Source of the DNA: a virus
Direction: 5' to 3' (one strand)
DNA length: 64,000 nt
IMG/VR virus record: IMGVR_UViG_3300021425_000031
Coordinates: 2,584-66,583 of that record
The stretch's first letter is position 1. Each line of letters opens with the position of its first letter. The translations under genes and the position numbers were made by a program. Positions 40,197-50,218 of the stretch are shown piece after piece. The notes beneath the pieces were generated by a model, which did not search any database, was not told where the DNA came from, and saw only the letters and a list, made by a program, of their open reading frames with translations.

Positions 40197-40847
40197 ATGA
40201 AACTTATTACAGAAGAAGTACAAAAAGTAGAATTTATTACCGAAGGTAAGGGTTCTTCACAAAAATATTACATTAAAGGAATTTTCCTTCAAGCTGAACA
40301 AGTTAATAGAAATGGAAGGATGTATCCTCTTTCAATTATGGAGAGAGAGGTAAAAAGATATGATACTAATTTCATTCAAAGAGGTCGTGCTCTTGGAGAA
40401 TTAGGTCATCCAGAAGGACCTACAGTAAACCTTGATAGAGTTTCGCATAAAATTTGCGAACTTTATAGAGATGGAAACAATTTTGTTGGCAAAGCACAAA
40501 TCTTAGATACTCCCATGGGAAAAATTGCATCTTCTTTAATTAAAGAAGGTGTTTGTCTTGGCGTATCTTCTAGAGGAGTCGGATCATTAAAAGTAACTAA
40601 TGAAGGTCATAAAATTGTTGGTGAAGATTTTATGTTAGCAACCGCAGCAGATATTGTTGCAGATCCATCTGCACCTGACGCCTTTGTTCAAGGAATTATG
40701 GAAGGTAAAGAATGGATTTGGGATGGTGGCATTCTTCGTGAAAAATTCTTAGAAAAGACACAAAAAACAATAAATACATTAGTTGATAGAAAAATACTTG
40801 AAAATTATAAATTAGATTTGTTCAATGAATTTTTGTCAAATCTTTAA
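40197..40847 (+). CDS. gp21: prohead core protease gp21
   Basis: MKLITE, NRNGRMYP, ALGELGHP, GVSSRG.GS, DIVADPSAPDAFV. Confidence 0.97.
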   Translation: MKLITEEVQKVEFITEGKGSSQKYYIKGIFLQAEQVNRNGRMYPLSIMEREVKRYDTNFIQRGRALGELGHPEGPTVNLDRVSHKICELYRDGNNFVGKAQILDTPMGKIASSLIKEGVCLGVSSRGVGSLKVTNEGHKIVGEDFMLATAADIVADPSAPDAFVQGIMEGKEWIWDGGILREKFLEKTQKTINTLVDRKILENYKLDLFNEFLSNL

Positions 40848-40849
40848 AT

Positions 40850-40857
40850 TATAAATA
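40850..40857 (+). promoter_or_regulatory. T4-type late promoter
   Basis: TATAAATA upstream of gp22. Confidence 0.75.
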
Positions 40858-40887
40858 AATATAGATTATAACACAATCAATCAAAAA

Positions 40888-42018
40888 ATGTCCGTTGGTA
40901 GAAATTTACAAGAAATGGAAAACGTAGTAACCAAAGGGGCTGCACCTGCCGAACCAATGAGCACTATTGCACAGAATGCTTCAGGAGTTATGATTCCTGG
41001 GCAAACTGGAAGTTGGGAAGATTTAGGCGGTCCTACCCCAGATAATTATCGTCCAGATGACGATTCCGCATCTCTTAAAACTCCTGGATCAACTCTTGCC
41101 CAGGTTAAAAATGTGGTTAATGCTAAAGCATCTCCCGCAGATCCTATGCCATCTATGGCAAAAGAGGAAGTTGAAGAAGATGAAGATCTTGTTGATGAAG
41201 AAGAAATCGACGGAGATGAAGTTGTAGAAGAAGAATCTGAAAAAGAATCTGAAGAAGAATTTGAAGAAGATACTGAAGAAGAATTTGACATTGAAGAAGA
41301 TGTCAATGCTCTTTTAGCAGGTGAAGAATTATCTGAAGAGTTTCAAGAAAAGGCACGTACTATTTTTGAAGCAGCAATTCGCTCTAAAGTTTCAGAAATT
41401 AAAGAAGAACTTGAAGCGACATATGAAAATGCACTTATTGAAGAGGTTAATTTTATCAAACAAGAACTTACTGAGAGAGTAGATTCATATCTTGAGTATG
41501 TTGCTGATGAGTGGATTCAAGAAAATGCACTCGCAGTTGAGCACGGTCTTAAGACTGAAATGACTGAATCATTCCTTGCTGGAATGAAGAATCTTTTTGA
41601 AGATCATTATGTAGCAATCCCTGAAGATAGATATGATGTAATCGAGAGTATGGTAGATAAACTTGATGAAATGGAAGAAAAACTCAACGAGCAAATTGAA
41701 AAAAATATTGCTCTAAATCAAAGATTAGCAGAGTCGGTTGCTGATGTAATTTTTGCAGATGTCGCTGAGGGTCTTGCACTTTCTCAGAAAGACAAACTCG
41801 CTTCTCTTGCTGAAAATGTTGAGTTTGATAGTGAAGAGAGCTATCGTGAGAAACTAGTAACATTGAGGGAATCATATTTCCCAATAAACACTAGTGCTCC
41901 AAGAGATGTAACTGAAAATTTATCAGAGGAAGTTTCATATGATCAAACCGAAACTACTTCGGTTTCGCCAATCATGGAAGCATATCTTCAAACACTCAGT
42001 AGAGTCTCTAAAAAGTGA
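40888..42018 (+). CDS. gp22: prohead core scaffold gp22
   Basis: Acidic; LSEEF.EKA.TIFEAA, VDSYLEYV..EW..EN; lies between gp21 and gp23. Confidence 0.93.
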   Translation: MSVGRNLQEMENVVTKGAAPAEPMSTIAQNASGVMIPGQTGSWEDLGGPTPDNYRPDDDSASLKTPGSTLAQVKNVVNAKASPADPMPSMAKEEVEEDEDLVDEEEIDGDEVVEEESEKESEEEFEEDTEEEFDIEEDVNALLAGEELSEEFQEKARTIFEAAIRSKVSEIKEELEATYENALIEEVNFIKQELTERVDSYLEYVADEWIQENALAVEHGLKTEMTESFLAGMKNLFEDHYVAIPEDRYDVIESMVDKLDEMEEKLNEQIEKNIALNQRLAESVADVIFADVAEGLALSQKDKLASLAENVEFDSEESYREKLVTLRESYFPINTSAPRDVTENLSEEVSYDQTETTSVSPIMEAYLQTLSRVSKK

Positions 42019-42068
42019 TTTTTAAATTATAAATCAAACAAAACTTTTTTTAAAGAGGTAAAAATCAA

Positions 42069-43484
42069 ATGCAGATGTACAACACCGAGTACCTGCAGGA
42101 GAAGTGGGCACCGATCCTTGATTATCAAGGAATGGATCAAATCAAAGATTCACATCGTAGAGCGGTAACCGCAATCCTGCTAGAAAATCAAGAGAGAGAA
42201 CTTCGTGAAGAGCGTTCTTTCCTTAGCGAAGCTTCCCCAACTAATTCCGCCGGTACTGGTGGTTTTAGTGGTAGTGCAGCAAGTGGAACTGGTTCACCTG
42301 TTGCAGGTTTCGATCCCGTTCTGATCTCACTGATCAGACGTTCGATGCCCAATCTGGTTGCTTATGACCTTTGTGGCGTTCAACCAATGAACGGCCCTAC
42401 AGGACTTATCTTTGCAATGCGTTCACGCTATCAGAATCAAAGTGGTCCCGAAACATTCTACAATGAAGTAGATTCCGCATTCTCTGGACAAAATAATAGT
42501 CTCGGATTGAATTCAGGATTTACTGATGGAACTGTTGGTCTCGGTACTACCGCTCAAGGAGGTACTAATCCTTCAATTCTTTCGCCATCAGATCAAACTG
42601 CTAATGCTGCACCTGGCGATAATCAGTATAATGCTGGCGGCGGAATGACCACCGGTAATGCTGAAGCACTTGGCGATAGCGACAGCAATTACTTCAACGA
42701 GATGGCTTTCTCAATTGAGAAACTCACCGTTACCGCTAAGTCACGCGCCCTGAAAGCTGAGTACTCACTCGAATTAGCACAAGACCTTAAGGCAATTCAC
42801 GGTCTGAATGCTGAAGCTGAACTTGCTAATATTCTTAGCACTGAGATTCTCGCTGAAATCAACAGAGAAATCATTCGTACTATCTACAAAGTTGCTGTTC
42901 CTGGTGCTCAGGTTAACACCGCTTCTGCTGGTACTTTCGACCTTGATGTTGATTCAAACGGTCGTTGGTCTGTTGAGAAGTTCAAGGGTCTTATTTTCCA
43001 AATCGAGCGCGATGCTAACGCTATCGCACAACAAACTCGTAGAGGAAAGGGCAACATGATTATGTGTTCTGCTGATGTTGCTTCAGCACTCACTATGGCA
43101 GGTGTTCTTGATTACACCCCAGCACTTAACTCTAATCTTAATGTTGATGATACCGGCAATACTTTTGCAGGTGTTCTTCAAGGTAAGTATAGAGTTTACA
43201 TTGATCCATATTCGGCAAACGTTGCAGCTAATCAATTCTACGTTGTTGGATATAAGGGTTCTTCACCTTATGATGCTGGACTATTCTATTGCCCATATGT
43301 ACCTCTTCAGATGGTACGTGCTGTTGGTGAGCATACTTTCCAACCAAAAATTGGATTTAAGACTCGTTATGGAATTGTTGCAAATCCATTCTCTAAGGGT
43401 GGTACTCTCCCAACTGCGCCAGACAACATTGAAACCAACGCTAACGTCTATTACAGAAGAGTTAAGGTTGCAAATCTTATGTGA
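42069..43484 (+). CDS. gp23: major capsid protein gp23
   Basis: KWAPILD, LISLIRRSMPNL.AYD.CGVQPM.GPTGLIFAMR, AKSRALKAEYS.ELAQDLKAIHGL, FQPKIGFKTRYG. Confidence 0.98.
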   Translation: MQMYNTEYLQEKWAPILDYQGMDQIKDSHRRAVTAILLENQERELREERSFLSEASPTNSAGTGGFSGSAASGTGSPVAGFDPVLISLIRRSMPNLVAYDLCGVQPMNGPTGLIFAMRSRYQNQSGPETFYNEVDSAFSGQNNSLGLNSGFTDGTVGLGTTAQGGTNPSILSPSDQTANAAPGDNQYNAGGGMTTGNAEALGDSDSNYFNEMAFSIEKLTVTAKSRALKAEYSLELAQDLKAIHGLNAEAELANILSTEILAEINREIIRTIYKVAVPGAQVNTASAGTFDLDVDSNGRWSVEKFKGLIFQIERDANAIAQQTRRGKGNMIMCSADVASALTMAGVLDYTPALNSNLNVDDTGNTFAGVLQGKYRVYIDPYSANVAANQFYVVGYKGSSPYDAGLFYCPYVPLQMVRAVGEHTFQPKIGFKTRYGIVANPFSKGGTLPTAPDNIETNANVYYRRVKVANLM

Positions 43485-43504
43485 GTTATTTCTCACATTT
43501 TCAC

Positions 43505-43533
43505 AAGACCTCCCAAATGGGGGGTCTTTTTTT
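43505..43533 (+). terminator. intrinsic terminator after gp23
   Basis: AAGACCTCCC-aaat-GGGGGGTCTT followed by a T run. Confidence 0.85.
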
Positions 43534-43553
43534 ATCTAAATAAAAATAAAAAA

Positions 43554-43706
43554 ATGAAATCGTTTATTATAAAACCGGGCGAACGGTATTCATCTGGCCC
43601 TCCCCCAATGAAACTGCAAAGTTCTCCCAGAATTGAACCAAAAGAAAAAAAAGATAGTTTTGTCGGGAGAATGATTCGCAATACACTCTTATCACCCATA
43701 CAATAA
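43554..43706 (+). CDS. hypothetical 50-aa protein (not in ORF track)
   Basis: MKSFIIKPGERYSSGPPPMKLQSSPRIEPKEKKDSFVGRMIRNTLLSPIQ; follows CTAAATA (43536), and its TAA overlaps the gp3 ATG. Confidence 0.55.
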   Translation: MKSFIIKPGERYSSGPPPMKLQSSPRIEPKEKKDSFVGRMIRNTLLSPIQ

Positions 43707-44248
43707 TGGCAACAGCATTTGATAAACAGATACAAAATAGAAATTATCTTTCTCCCGTTGGATTTAAATTTACTTTAGCAAAAGAACCAAAAGTTTCATT
43801 TTTTTGCACAAGTAGTAAAATTCCAGAAATTTCATTACAAATTGAAACTCAAAGTACTTATTTAAAAGATATTGATGTTCCCGGTGATAAAATTACATAT
43901 GGTGATCTATCTTTAAAATTTTTAGTCGATGAAGATCTTATAAACTATATGGTAATTCATAATTGGTTGACTGGATTAGGATTTCCAGAAAGTGCTCAAG
44001 ATTATAGAGATCTATTAACTAATCAAGATGATTTGACTCAACCATTGGATCCTAAAAGAGCATTTAGTGATGGAAGTCTTTATATTTTGGATAGCAATTA
44101 TAACATAAGTGCTATTGTTAAATTTAAAGATTTATTTCCAGTGTCATTATCTTCCTTAGAATTTGATTCCACACAAACCGATATTCAATACTTTACAGCA
44201 CAGGCATCTTTCAAGTATACTATTTACTCTATTGCTACAGGTTTATGA
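43706..44248 (+). CDS. gp3: tail completion / tube terminator gp3
   Basis: NYLSPVGFKF, PGDKI.Y.DL...FLVDE, F.DLFPVSLS.LEFD. Confidence 0.9.
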   Translation: MATAFDKQIQNRNYLSPVGFKFTLAKEPKVSFFCTSSKIPEISLQIETQSTYLKDIDVPGDKITYGDLSLKFLVDEDLINYMVIHNWLTGLGFPESAQDYRDLLTNQDDLTQPLDPKRAFSDGSLYILDSNYNISAIVKFKDLFPVSLSSLEFDSTQTDIQYFTAQASFKYTIYSIATGL

Positions 44249-44676
44249 ATCTTGATGAAATACAGGAAATGTGGCAGAGAGATTCTGTTATAGACCCCGA
44301 TAACTTACACGATGAATCTTTAAAAATTCCACAACTCCATTCGAAATATTATACCATATACAATACAATCACTCTTCTAAGAGAGAAGGCAAGAGAAACT
44401 TATAGTAGGGTCAAATTAGAAAGATACAACTATTACACAGGAAAGGCACCAGCAGAGGTTTATGTTGAAGAACCATTCCCATATAAAGTTAGAGACAAAG
44501 AGGCGCTACAGAGGCATCTAGATGCCGATGAGAGATTAAATAAAATAGATCTTAAAATTAAATACTATGATATTATATTAAAGTTTCTTGAGGAGATTAT
44601 TAAAACAATATCAAATAGAACATATCAAATAAAAAATGCCATTGATTGGCACCAATTTCAATCAGGTTTCAATTAG
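44245..44676 (+). CDS. uvsY: recombination mediator UvsY
   Basis: W..DS.ID...L..ESLKIPQLHSKY, R.YQIKNAIDW. Confidence 0.9.
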   Translation: MNLDEIQEMWQRDSVIDPDNLHDESLKIPQLHSKYYTIYNTITLLREKARETYSRVKLERYNYYTGKAPAEVYVEEPFPYKVRDKEALQRHLDADERLNKIDLKIKYYDIILKFLEEIIKTISNRTYQIKNAIDWHQFQSGFN

Positions 44677-44708
44677 TCAAATAAATAATCATAACTGATA
44701 TGTTATGA

Positions 44709-46172
44709 ATGTCACATTTGATTATTTCAAAAAAGAATGAGGTATTTCTTCAAGTTGAGGCAGACCCACACGTCTACTATGAGTTAAGAGACGCATTTCA
44801 ATTTGAAGTTCCAAACGCCAAATTCGCACCTGCCTACAAAAATAAGTGGTGGGATGGTTACATTCACTTGTTTAATATTAATACGCAAGAAATATACGTT
44901 GGTCTATTAGATAAACTCATAAGATTCTGTGAGCAACACGAATACACTTATGAGTTTCGAAACAATAAGTATTATGGTCTTCCTTTTGAGGTAAATGAGC
45001 ACATCTCAAAGGAAGGTGTAAAAGATTACATGAACTCTATCTGTAAGTACGCTCCCCGCGACTACCAAGTTGAGGGAGTATACGACGCATTAAGACATAA
45101 TAGAAAGTTGTTGATATCTCCAACTGCTTCTGGAAAGTCGTTGATGATATACTCAATTGTGAGATATTACGTTGAGAAAGGACAAAATATTCTCGTAGTT
45201 GTCCCAACGACATCCCTTGTAGAGCAGATGTATAAAGATTTTGAAGATTATGGGTTTGATGTTGGTTCATACTGCCACAAGATTTATGCTGGGAAAGAAA
45301 GAAAAACAGATTCTCAGGTAATTATCACTACCTGGCAGTCCATCTACAAACTTCCTCGCCAATACTTTTCAAGATTTAATGTAGTTGTAGGAGATGAAGC
45401 ACACCAGTTTAAATCAAAGTCATTAGTATCTATAATGACAAAACTTTCTAATTGTAAATATCGCTTCGGATTCACTGGCACACTCGATGGAAGTCAAACG
45501 CACAAGTGGGTTTTAGAGGGTTTATTCGGCCCTTCTTATAAGATTATTAAAACTGATGAGTTAATGAAGAAAGGTCATGTTGCCACATTAGACATCAATA
45601 TTCTTCTATTGAAACACCCACCGAATCGTTTTGAGACTTTTGAAGATGAAGTCCAGTATATTATTAATCATGAAAAAAGAAATAAATTTATCAAGAATCT
45701 TGCTCTTGATTTAAAAGGAAACACTTTAATTCTCTTTGCCCGTGTTGAAGGTCATGGACAACCGTTATACGAATTAATAAATAAGAGTATCGGTAATGAT
45801 CGTCATGTCTTTTTTGTTCATGGTGGTGTTGCTACCGATGACCGCGAAAAAGTAAGAGAAATCACTGAAAAAGAAAATAATGCAATCATCGTTGCTTCTT
45901 ACGGTACTTTTTCTACTGGTGTTAACATCAAAAATTTACATAATGTTATCTTTGCTTCCCCTAGTAAATCAAGAATCAGAAACCTCCAATCAATCGGAAG
46001 AGTCTTAAGAAAAGGAAATAATAAGACAAAGGCAACTCTATATGACATTGCCGATGACATCAGTTATAAGTCAAGAAAAAATTATACTCTTAATCACTTA
46101 ATCGAAAGAATCAAAGTTTATAATGAAGAAAACTTTAATTATGATATTGTAAATATACCTTTTAAAAAATAA
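44709..46172 (+). CDS. uvsW: DNA helicase UvsW
   Basis: SPTASGKS, DEAH, TGT and QSIGRVLR superfamily-2 motifs; ATAAATA at 44681. Confidence 0.96.
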   Translation: MSHLIISKKNEVFLQVEADPHVYYELRDAFQFEVPNAKFAPAYKNKWWDGYIHLFNINTQEIYVGLLDKLIRFCEQHEYTYEFRNNKYYGLPFEVNEHISKEGVKDYMNSICKYAPRDYQVEGVYDALRHNRKLLISPTASGKSLMIYSIVRYYVEKGQNILVVVPTTSLVEQMYKDFEDYGFDVGSYCHKIYAGKERKTDSQVIITTWQSIYKLPRQYFSRFNVVVGDEAHQFKSKSLVSIMTKLSNCKYRFGFTGTLDGSQTHKWVLEGLFGPSYKIIKTDELMKKGHVATLDINILLLKHPPNRFETFEDEVQYIINHEKRNKFIKNLALDLKGNTLILFARVEGHGQPLYELINKSIGNDRHVFFVHGGVATDDREKVREITEKENNAIIVASYGTFSTGVNIKNLHNVIFASPSKSRIRNLQSIGRVLRKGNNKTKATLYDIADDISYKSRKNYTLNHLIERIKVYNEENFNYDIVNIPFKK

Positions 46173-46579
46173 TGGGAGAAGAATTTTACGCAATAATAAA
46201 ATTAGTATCTGGTGAAGAAATCATGTCATTAGTTTTAATGGACGAAAACGATGGAGATCCAGTATTAGTTCTTCAAAATCCAGTTTGTATGAGTACTCAT
46301 AAAAATAGGAATGGAATACTTTTAAAAGTTAAACCATGGATAGAAATGTCTGATGATGATTTTTTTATTATTAAACCAGATAAAATTATTACAATGACTG
46401 AGACTAAAGATAAAAAATTAATAGATATATACGATAAATTTAATCAATATGATCATGAATCTAATTTTCATGATTCAGAAGGAAAAGTAAAACTTTCTTC
46501 TAATATGGGATATCTCTCTTCAGTTGAAGATGCTAGAAAGAAACTGGAGAGAATCTTTAAAGGTCTTAAAGAAAGCTAA
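46172..46579 (+). CDS. conserved hypothetical protein (Sm-like fold suspected)
   Basis: IKLVSGEEI..., PW; lies between uvsW and gp55. Confidence 0.7.
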   Translation: MGEEFYAIIKLVSGEEIMSLVLMDENDGDPVLVLQNPVCMSTHKNRNGILLKVKPWIEMSDDDFFIIKPDKIITMTETKDKKLIDIYDKFNQYDHESNFHDSEGKVKLSSNMGYLSSVEDARKKLERIFKGLKES

Positions 46580-46628
46580 TATCTCATCTTCAACCGGGAC
46601 AAAGGTAGTCTACACACAATTCTTTAAC

Positions 46629-46658
46629 TTGTCAAGCCCCTATATTTTGTGGTATAAT
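46629..46658 (+). promoter_or_regulatory. sigma70-type promoter for gp55
   Basis: TTGTCA, 18-nt spacer, TATAAT with extended -10 TG. Confidence 0.6.
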
Positions 46659-46690
46659 AAGCATAACCTATATTATATAAGTCCAATGCT

Positions 46691-47206
46691 ATGCCTAAGA
46701 AAAAGACAGAACACTATGTAAACAACAAAGAACTTTTAGAAGCAATGATTGTGTATCGATCCAAAGTCGAAAAGTCATTTAATGAGAAGTTCGATAGAAA
46801 CCCCACTAAAGAAGATAGAGGCAAGCATTGGGAAGGTAAACCACCCATTCCGAATTATCTTGGAGAATGTTTTCTGAAGATTGCCACTCACCTTTCATAT
46901 AAACCAAACTTTGTGAATTATATGTTTCGTGAGGATATGATTTCTGATGGTATTGAAAACTGTGTCCAATATATTCACAACTTTGACCCCGAAAAGTCAA
47001 AGAATCCTTTCGCATATTTCACTCAGATTATTCACTACGCATTCCTGAGAAGAATTCAAAAGGAAAAGAAGCAGTTAGATATTAAGACTAAGATTATCGA
47101 ACGCACGGGGTTTGATGAGGTTATGATGGTTGACGACAGCTTGCTTTCTGGGCATAGTTCGGAGTATAATAGCATCAAGGACGCCATCCAATACCGCAAT
47201 AAATGA
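46691..47206 (+). CDS. gp55: late-transcription sigma factor gp55
   Basis: HYVNNKELL, YLGECFLKIA, NY.FREDMISDGIENC, NPFAYFTQI..YAFLRRI.KEKKQ. Confidence 0.96.
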   Translation: MPKKKTEHYVNNKELLEAMIVYRSKVEKSFNEKFDRNPTKEDRGKHWEGKPPIPNYLGECFLKIATHLSYKPNFVNYMFREDMISDGIENCVQYIHNFDPEKSKNPFAYFTQIIHYAFLRRIQKEKKQLDIKTKIIERTGFDEVMMVDDSLLSGHSSEYNSIKDAIQYRNK

Positions 47207-48237
47207 AAGTCGCAATTTTGAGTGATACCCATTTTGGCGCCCGGAAAGGTTCCAAGCACCTCCACGACCATTTTGAGTTGTTCTACAAGAATGTATTTTT
47301 TCCTGCCTTAGAAGAAAATAATGTAGAGGCAGTCATTCATATGGGAGATGCCTTTGATAGTCGGAAGTCGATTGACTATCAAAGTCTTGAATGGGCAAAG
47401 AGGGTTGTGTTTGACCCTCTCAAAAAGTATGAAGTCCATATGATTGTGGGAAATCACGATACATATTTTAAGAATACCAATAGTGTAAATTCTCCAGAGC
47501 TTCTTCTTCAGACGTATTCTAATATAAAGACTTATAGTGACCCGACTGAAGTTAATATTGGTGGATTGAAGATTTTATTTTTACCGTGGATTAATCAAGA
47601 AAATGAGGAAAAAACTTTTAAACTTATTGAAAAGACGATTAGCAAATGTGCGATGGGGCATCTTGAATGTCAAGGATTTAGAGTTAATCGACAACTCATC
47701 ATGGAGCACGGTTTGGAGAGCAAACTATTTGAGAAGTTCGATAGGGTCTACTCGGGACACTATCACACTCGATCGAATAATGGAAAAGTCTTCTATCTAG
47801 GTAATCCTTATGAGATGTATTGGACTGATGTGAATGATACTCGCGGTTTCCATATTTTTGATACAGAAACATTAGAGCACACTCCAATCAACAATCCTTA
47901 TAAATTATTCTATAACATTTATTATGAGGATACTCCTTATCAGTTGTTTGATGCAACTGAATATGAAAATAAAATTGTAAAGGTTATTGTTCGTAAAAAA
48001 TCTAAACCAAAAGATTTTGAAAAATTTATTGATAAACTCTATAAAGTAGGAGTACAAGACCTCAAAATTGTAGAAAACTTTAACATACAAGAAAATGAAG
48101 ATTTTGAGATTACTGAAGAAGAAAACACTATGTCAATTTTAAATCGTTATATTGACGAATCTGAATTTGAATTTGATAAAAATGTTATAAAAGATATTTT
48201 TCAAGATCTCTATAGACAAGCTTGCGAGGTAGAGTAA
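47203..48237 (+). CDS. gp47: recombination endonuclease subunit gp47 (Mre11/SbcD-like)
   Basis: DTHFG, GD.FD, GNHD and SGHYH metallophosphoesterase motifs. Confidence 0.95.
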   Translation: MKVAILSDTHFGARKGSKHLHDHFELFYKNVFFPALEENNVEAVIHMGDAFDSRKSIDYQSLEWAKRVVFDPLKKYEVHMIVGNHDTYFKNTNSVNSPELLLQTYSNIKTYSDPTEVNIGGLKILFLPWINQENEEKTFKLIEKTISKCAMGHLECQGFRVNRQLIMEHGLESKLFEKFDRVYSGHYHTRSNNGKVFYLGNPYEMYWTDVNDTRGFHIFDTETLEHTPINNPYKLFYNIYYEDTPYQLFDATEYENKIVKVIVRKKSKPKDFEKFIDKLYKVGVQDLKIVENFNIQENEDFEITEEENTMSILNRYIDESEFEFDKNVIKDIFQDLYRQACEVE

Positions 48238-48507
48238 ATGTTTCTTCTCACTCTCAAAGATAGAAAAGACGATGGTGCTTATGCCGTCCAAGACCAATAC
48301 GGACATAAAGTTTTATTTCTCTTTGAAGAAGAAGATGATGCTACTCGATATGCCTTGATGCTTGAAGATCAAGAAGAGAAAGAAATGGATGTTGTTGAAG
48401 TTGACGATGACCTTGCCATAAAGACTTGTAAACTTTACAACTATAAGTATACTGTGATTACTCCTGACGATATCGTAATTCCTCCTAAAAATGCTAGTAT
48501 TTCATAA
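48238..48507 (+). CDS. conserved hypothetical protein
   Basis: 89 aa, FEEEDDA.RYA..L; lies between gp47 and gp46. Confidence 0.75.
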   Translation: MFLLTLKDRKDDGAYAVQDQYGHKVLFLFEEEDDATRYALMLEDQEEKEMDVVEVDDDLAIKTCKLYNYKYTVITPDDIVIPPKNASIS

Positions 48508-50206
48508 GATTAGATACAAGAATTTCCTTTCATCGGGGAATCAATTTACTGAGATTGACTTTGAAAAAAATCATACCAATCTAATCATCGGCACAAACGG
48601 TGCTGGAAAGTCAACGGTATTGGATGCTCTTACCTTTGCTCTTTTCAACAAACCGTTTCGGAAAATCAATAAACCACAACTAGTCAATACTACAAATGAA
48701 AAAGATTGTTTAGTTGAAATTGAATTCTCGACGAATAGTAGGGATTATCTTGTCCGTCGTGGAATTAAACCAAATGTCTTTGATATTGAAGTAAATGGTC
48801 AACCACTTCATAAGGAAGCAGATGACCGTGCTAATCAGAGAATTCTAGAAGAGAATATTCTCAAGGTAAATTATAAGTCTTTCACTCAGATTGTGATTCT
48901 GGGCAGTAGCACCTTTGTACCTTTTATGCAACTTCCAACGGCACATCGTCGGGAAGTGATTGAAGATTTGCTGGATATTCGTATTTTCTCTGTGATGAAT
49001 AATCTCATCAAGGATAGAATTCGCACACAGAAAGACCAAGTAAAATCTCTTGAGTTGCGTAAAGAGAATTTGAAAGAGAAGATGAAGATGCAGCAAAACT
49101 TCATCGAAGAACTTGAGAATCGTGGAAATGCCAATATAAATGCCAATAAAGAAAAGATTGCCAATTTAGACAAAGAAGTTGGTGTTTATATGATTGAGAA
49201 TTCGAACACTGAAGAAGAAATAATCAAGTATACAAAGGAACAAGAAGAGGTTGTTGGTTCTGGTGATAAGTTAGTAAAGCTTAACAATCTTAAGGGTAAA
49301 ATCTCTCAAAAAGTATTAACAATTACGAAAGAGCATAAGTTTTTTGCAGAAAATACGGTATGCCCTACTTGTACACAAACTATAGAAGAAGAGTTTCGGT
49401 TAAATAGAATTACAGATGCTCAAAATAAAGCAAAGGAACTTAGAAATGGTTATGAAGAACTTGAACAAACAATAAAGTTCGAACAAGAACGAGAGCGTCA
49501 ATTCATTACTTTATCTAAAGAGATTACTAAATTAACTCATGGCATTTCTCAAAACAATACTCGGATTTCCCTCAACCAGAGACAAATACGAGAACTTGAA
49601 TCTGAAATTCAAACTATTGCCCAAAACCTTGCAAACAGAAATACTGAACATGAGAAACTAGAAGAATTTAAGGAAAATCTCCAACAAACAATTGAAGACC
49701 TTTCAAACAAAAAACAACAAATCGTACATTACGATTTTGCATATTCCTTACTTAAGGATGATGGTGTAAAAACGAAAATCATTAAGAAGTATCTTCCGTT
49801 TATAAATCAGCAGGTGAATCGTTATCTTCAAATGATGGATTTTTATATTAATTTCTATCTTGACGAAGAATTTAACGAAAAAATTAAATCTCCAATTCAT
49901 GAAAATTTTTCATATTCATCTTTTTCCGAAGGTGAAAAAATGAGGGTGGATTTATCTCTTCTCTTTACTTGGAGAGAAGTTGCTAAATTAAAAAATTCTG
50001 TAAATACTAATCTGCTGATTATGGATGAGGTATTTGATTCGTCTCTTGATGGTTTTGGTACTGAAGAGTTTCTTAAGATTATTCGTTATGTGATTAAAGA
50101 TGCTAACATCTTTGTGATCTCTCATAGGACGGGTCTTGAGGACAAATTTGAAAGTGTCATAAGGTTCCATAAAAGAAATGGATTCTCATATAAAATAGAA
50201 TCATAA
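48491..50206 (+). CDS. gp46: recombination endonuclease subunit gp46 (Rad50/SbcC-like)
   Basis: G.NGAGKST, CPTC zinc hook, FSEGEK signature, LLIMDEVFD. Confidence 0.96.
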   Translation: MLVFHKIRYKNFLSSGNQFTEIDFEKNHTNLIIGTNGAGKSTVLDALTFALFNKPFRKINKPQLVNTTNEKDCLVEIEFSTNSRDYLVRRGIKPNVFDIEVNGQPLHKEADDRANQRILEENILKVNYKSFTQIVILGSSTFVPFMQLPTAHRREVIEDLLDIRIFSVMNNLIKDRIRTQKDQVKSLELRKENLKEKMKMQQNFIEELENRGNANINANKEKIANLDKEVGVYMIENSNTEEEIIKYTKEQEEVVGSGDKLVKLNNLKGKISQKVLTITKEHKFFAENTVCPTCTQTIEEEFRLNRITDAQNKAKELRNGYEELEQTIKFEQERERQFITLSKEITKLTHGISQNNTRISLNQRQIRELESEIQTIAQNLANRNTEHEKLEEFKENLQQTIEDLSNKKQQIVHYDFAYSLLKDDGVKTKIIKKYLPFINQQVNRYLQMMDFYINFYLDEEFNEKIKSPIHENFSYSSFSEGEKMRVDLSLLFTWREVAKLKNSVNTNLLIMDEVFDSSLDGFGTEEFLKIIRYVIKDANIFVISHRTGLEDKFESVIRFHKRNGFSYKIES

Positions 50207-50218
50207 ACAAACAGAACA

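Noticed and set aside
41160-41345. GAA-rich low-complexity tract as a tandem repeat element
   Set aside because: It encodes the normal Glu/Asp-rich region of scaffold protein gp22.
32954-43484. Introns, inteins or homing endonucleases in gp17, gp20 or gp23
   Set aside because: The ORFs are continuous and of ordinary length, and no intein or endonuclease motifs were seen.
43075-43539. 154-aa alternative-frame ORF overlapping the 3' part of gp23 (possible frameshift product)
   Set aside because: Its Leu-rich composition is typical of an off-frame read of T-ending codons. gp23 is complete with its normal end and terminator, and no slippery site was identified.
3657-50170. Numerous 60-120-aa minus-strand ORFs over structural and recombination genes
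   Set aside because: They lie entirely antisense to well-recognised genes, have no RBS or motifs, and are expected shadow ORFs.
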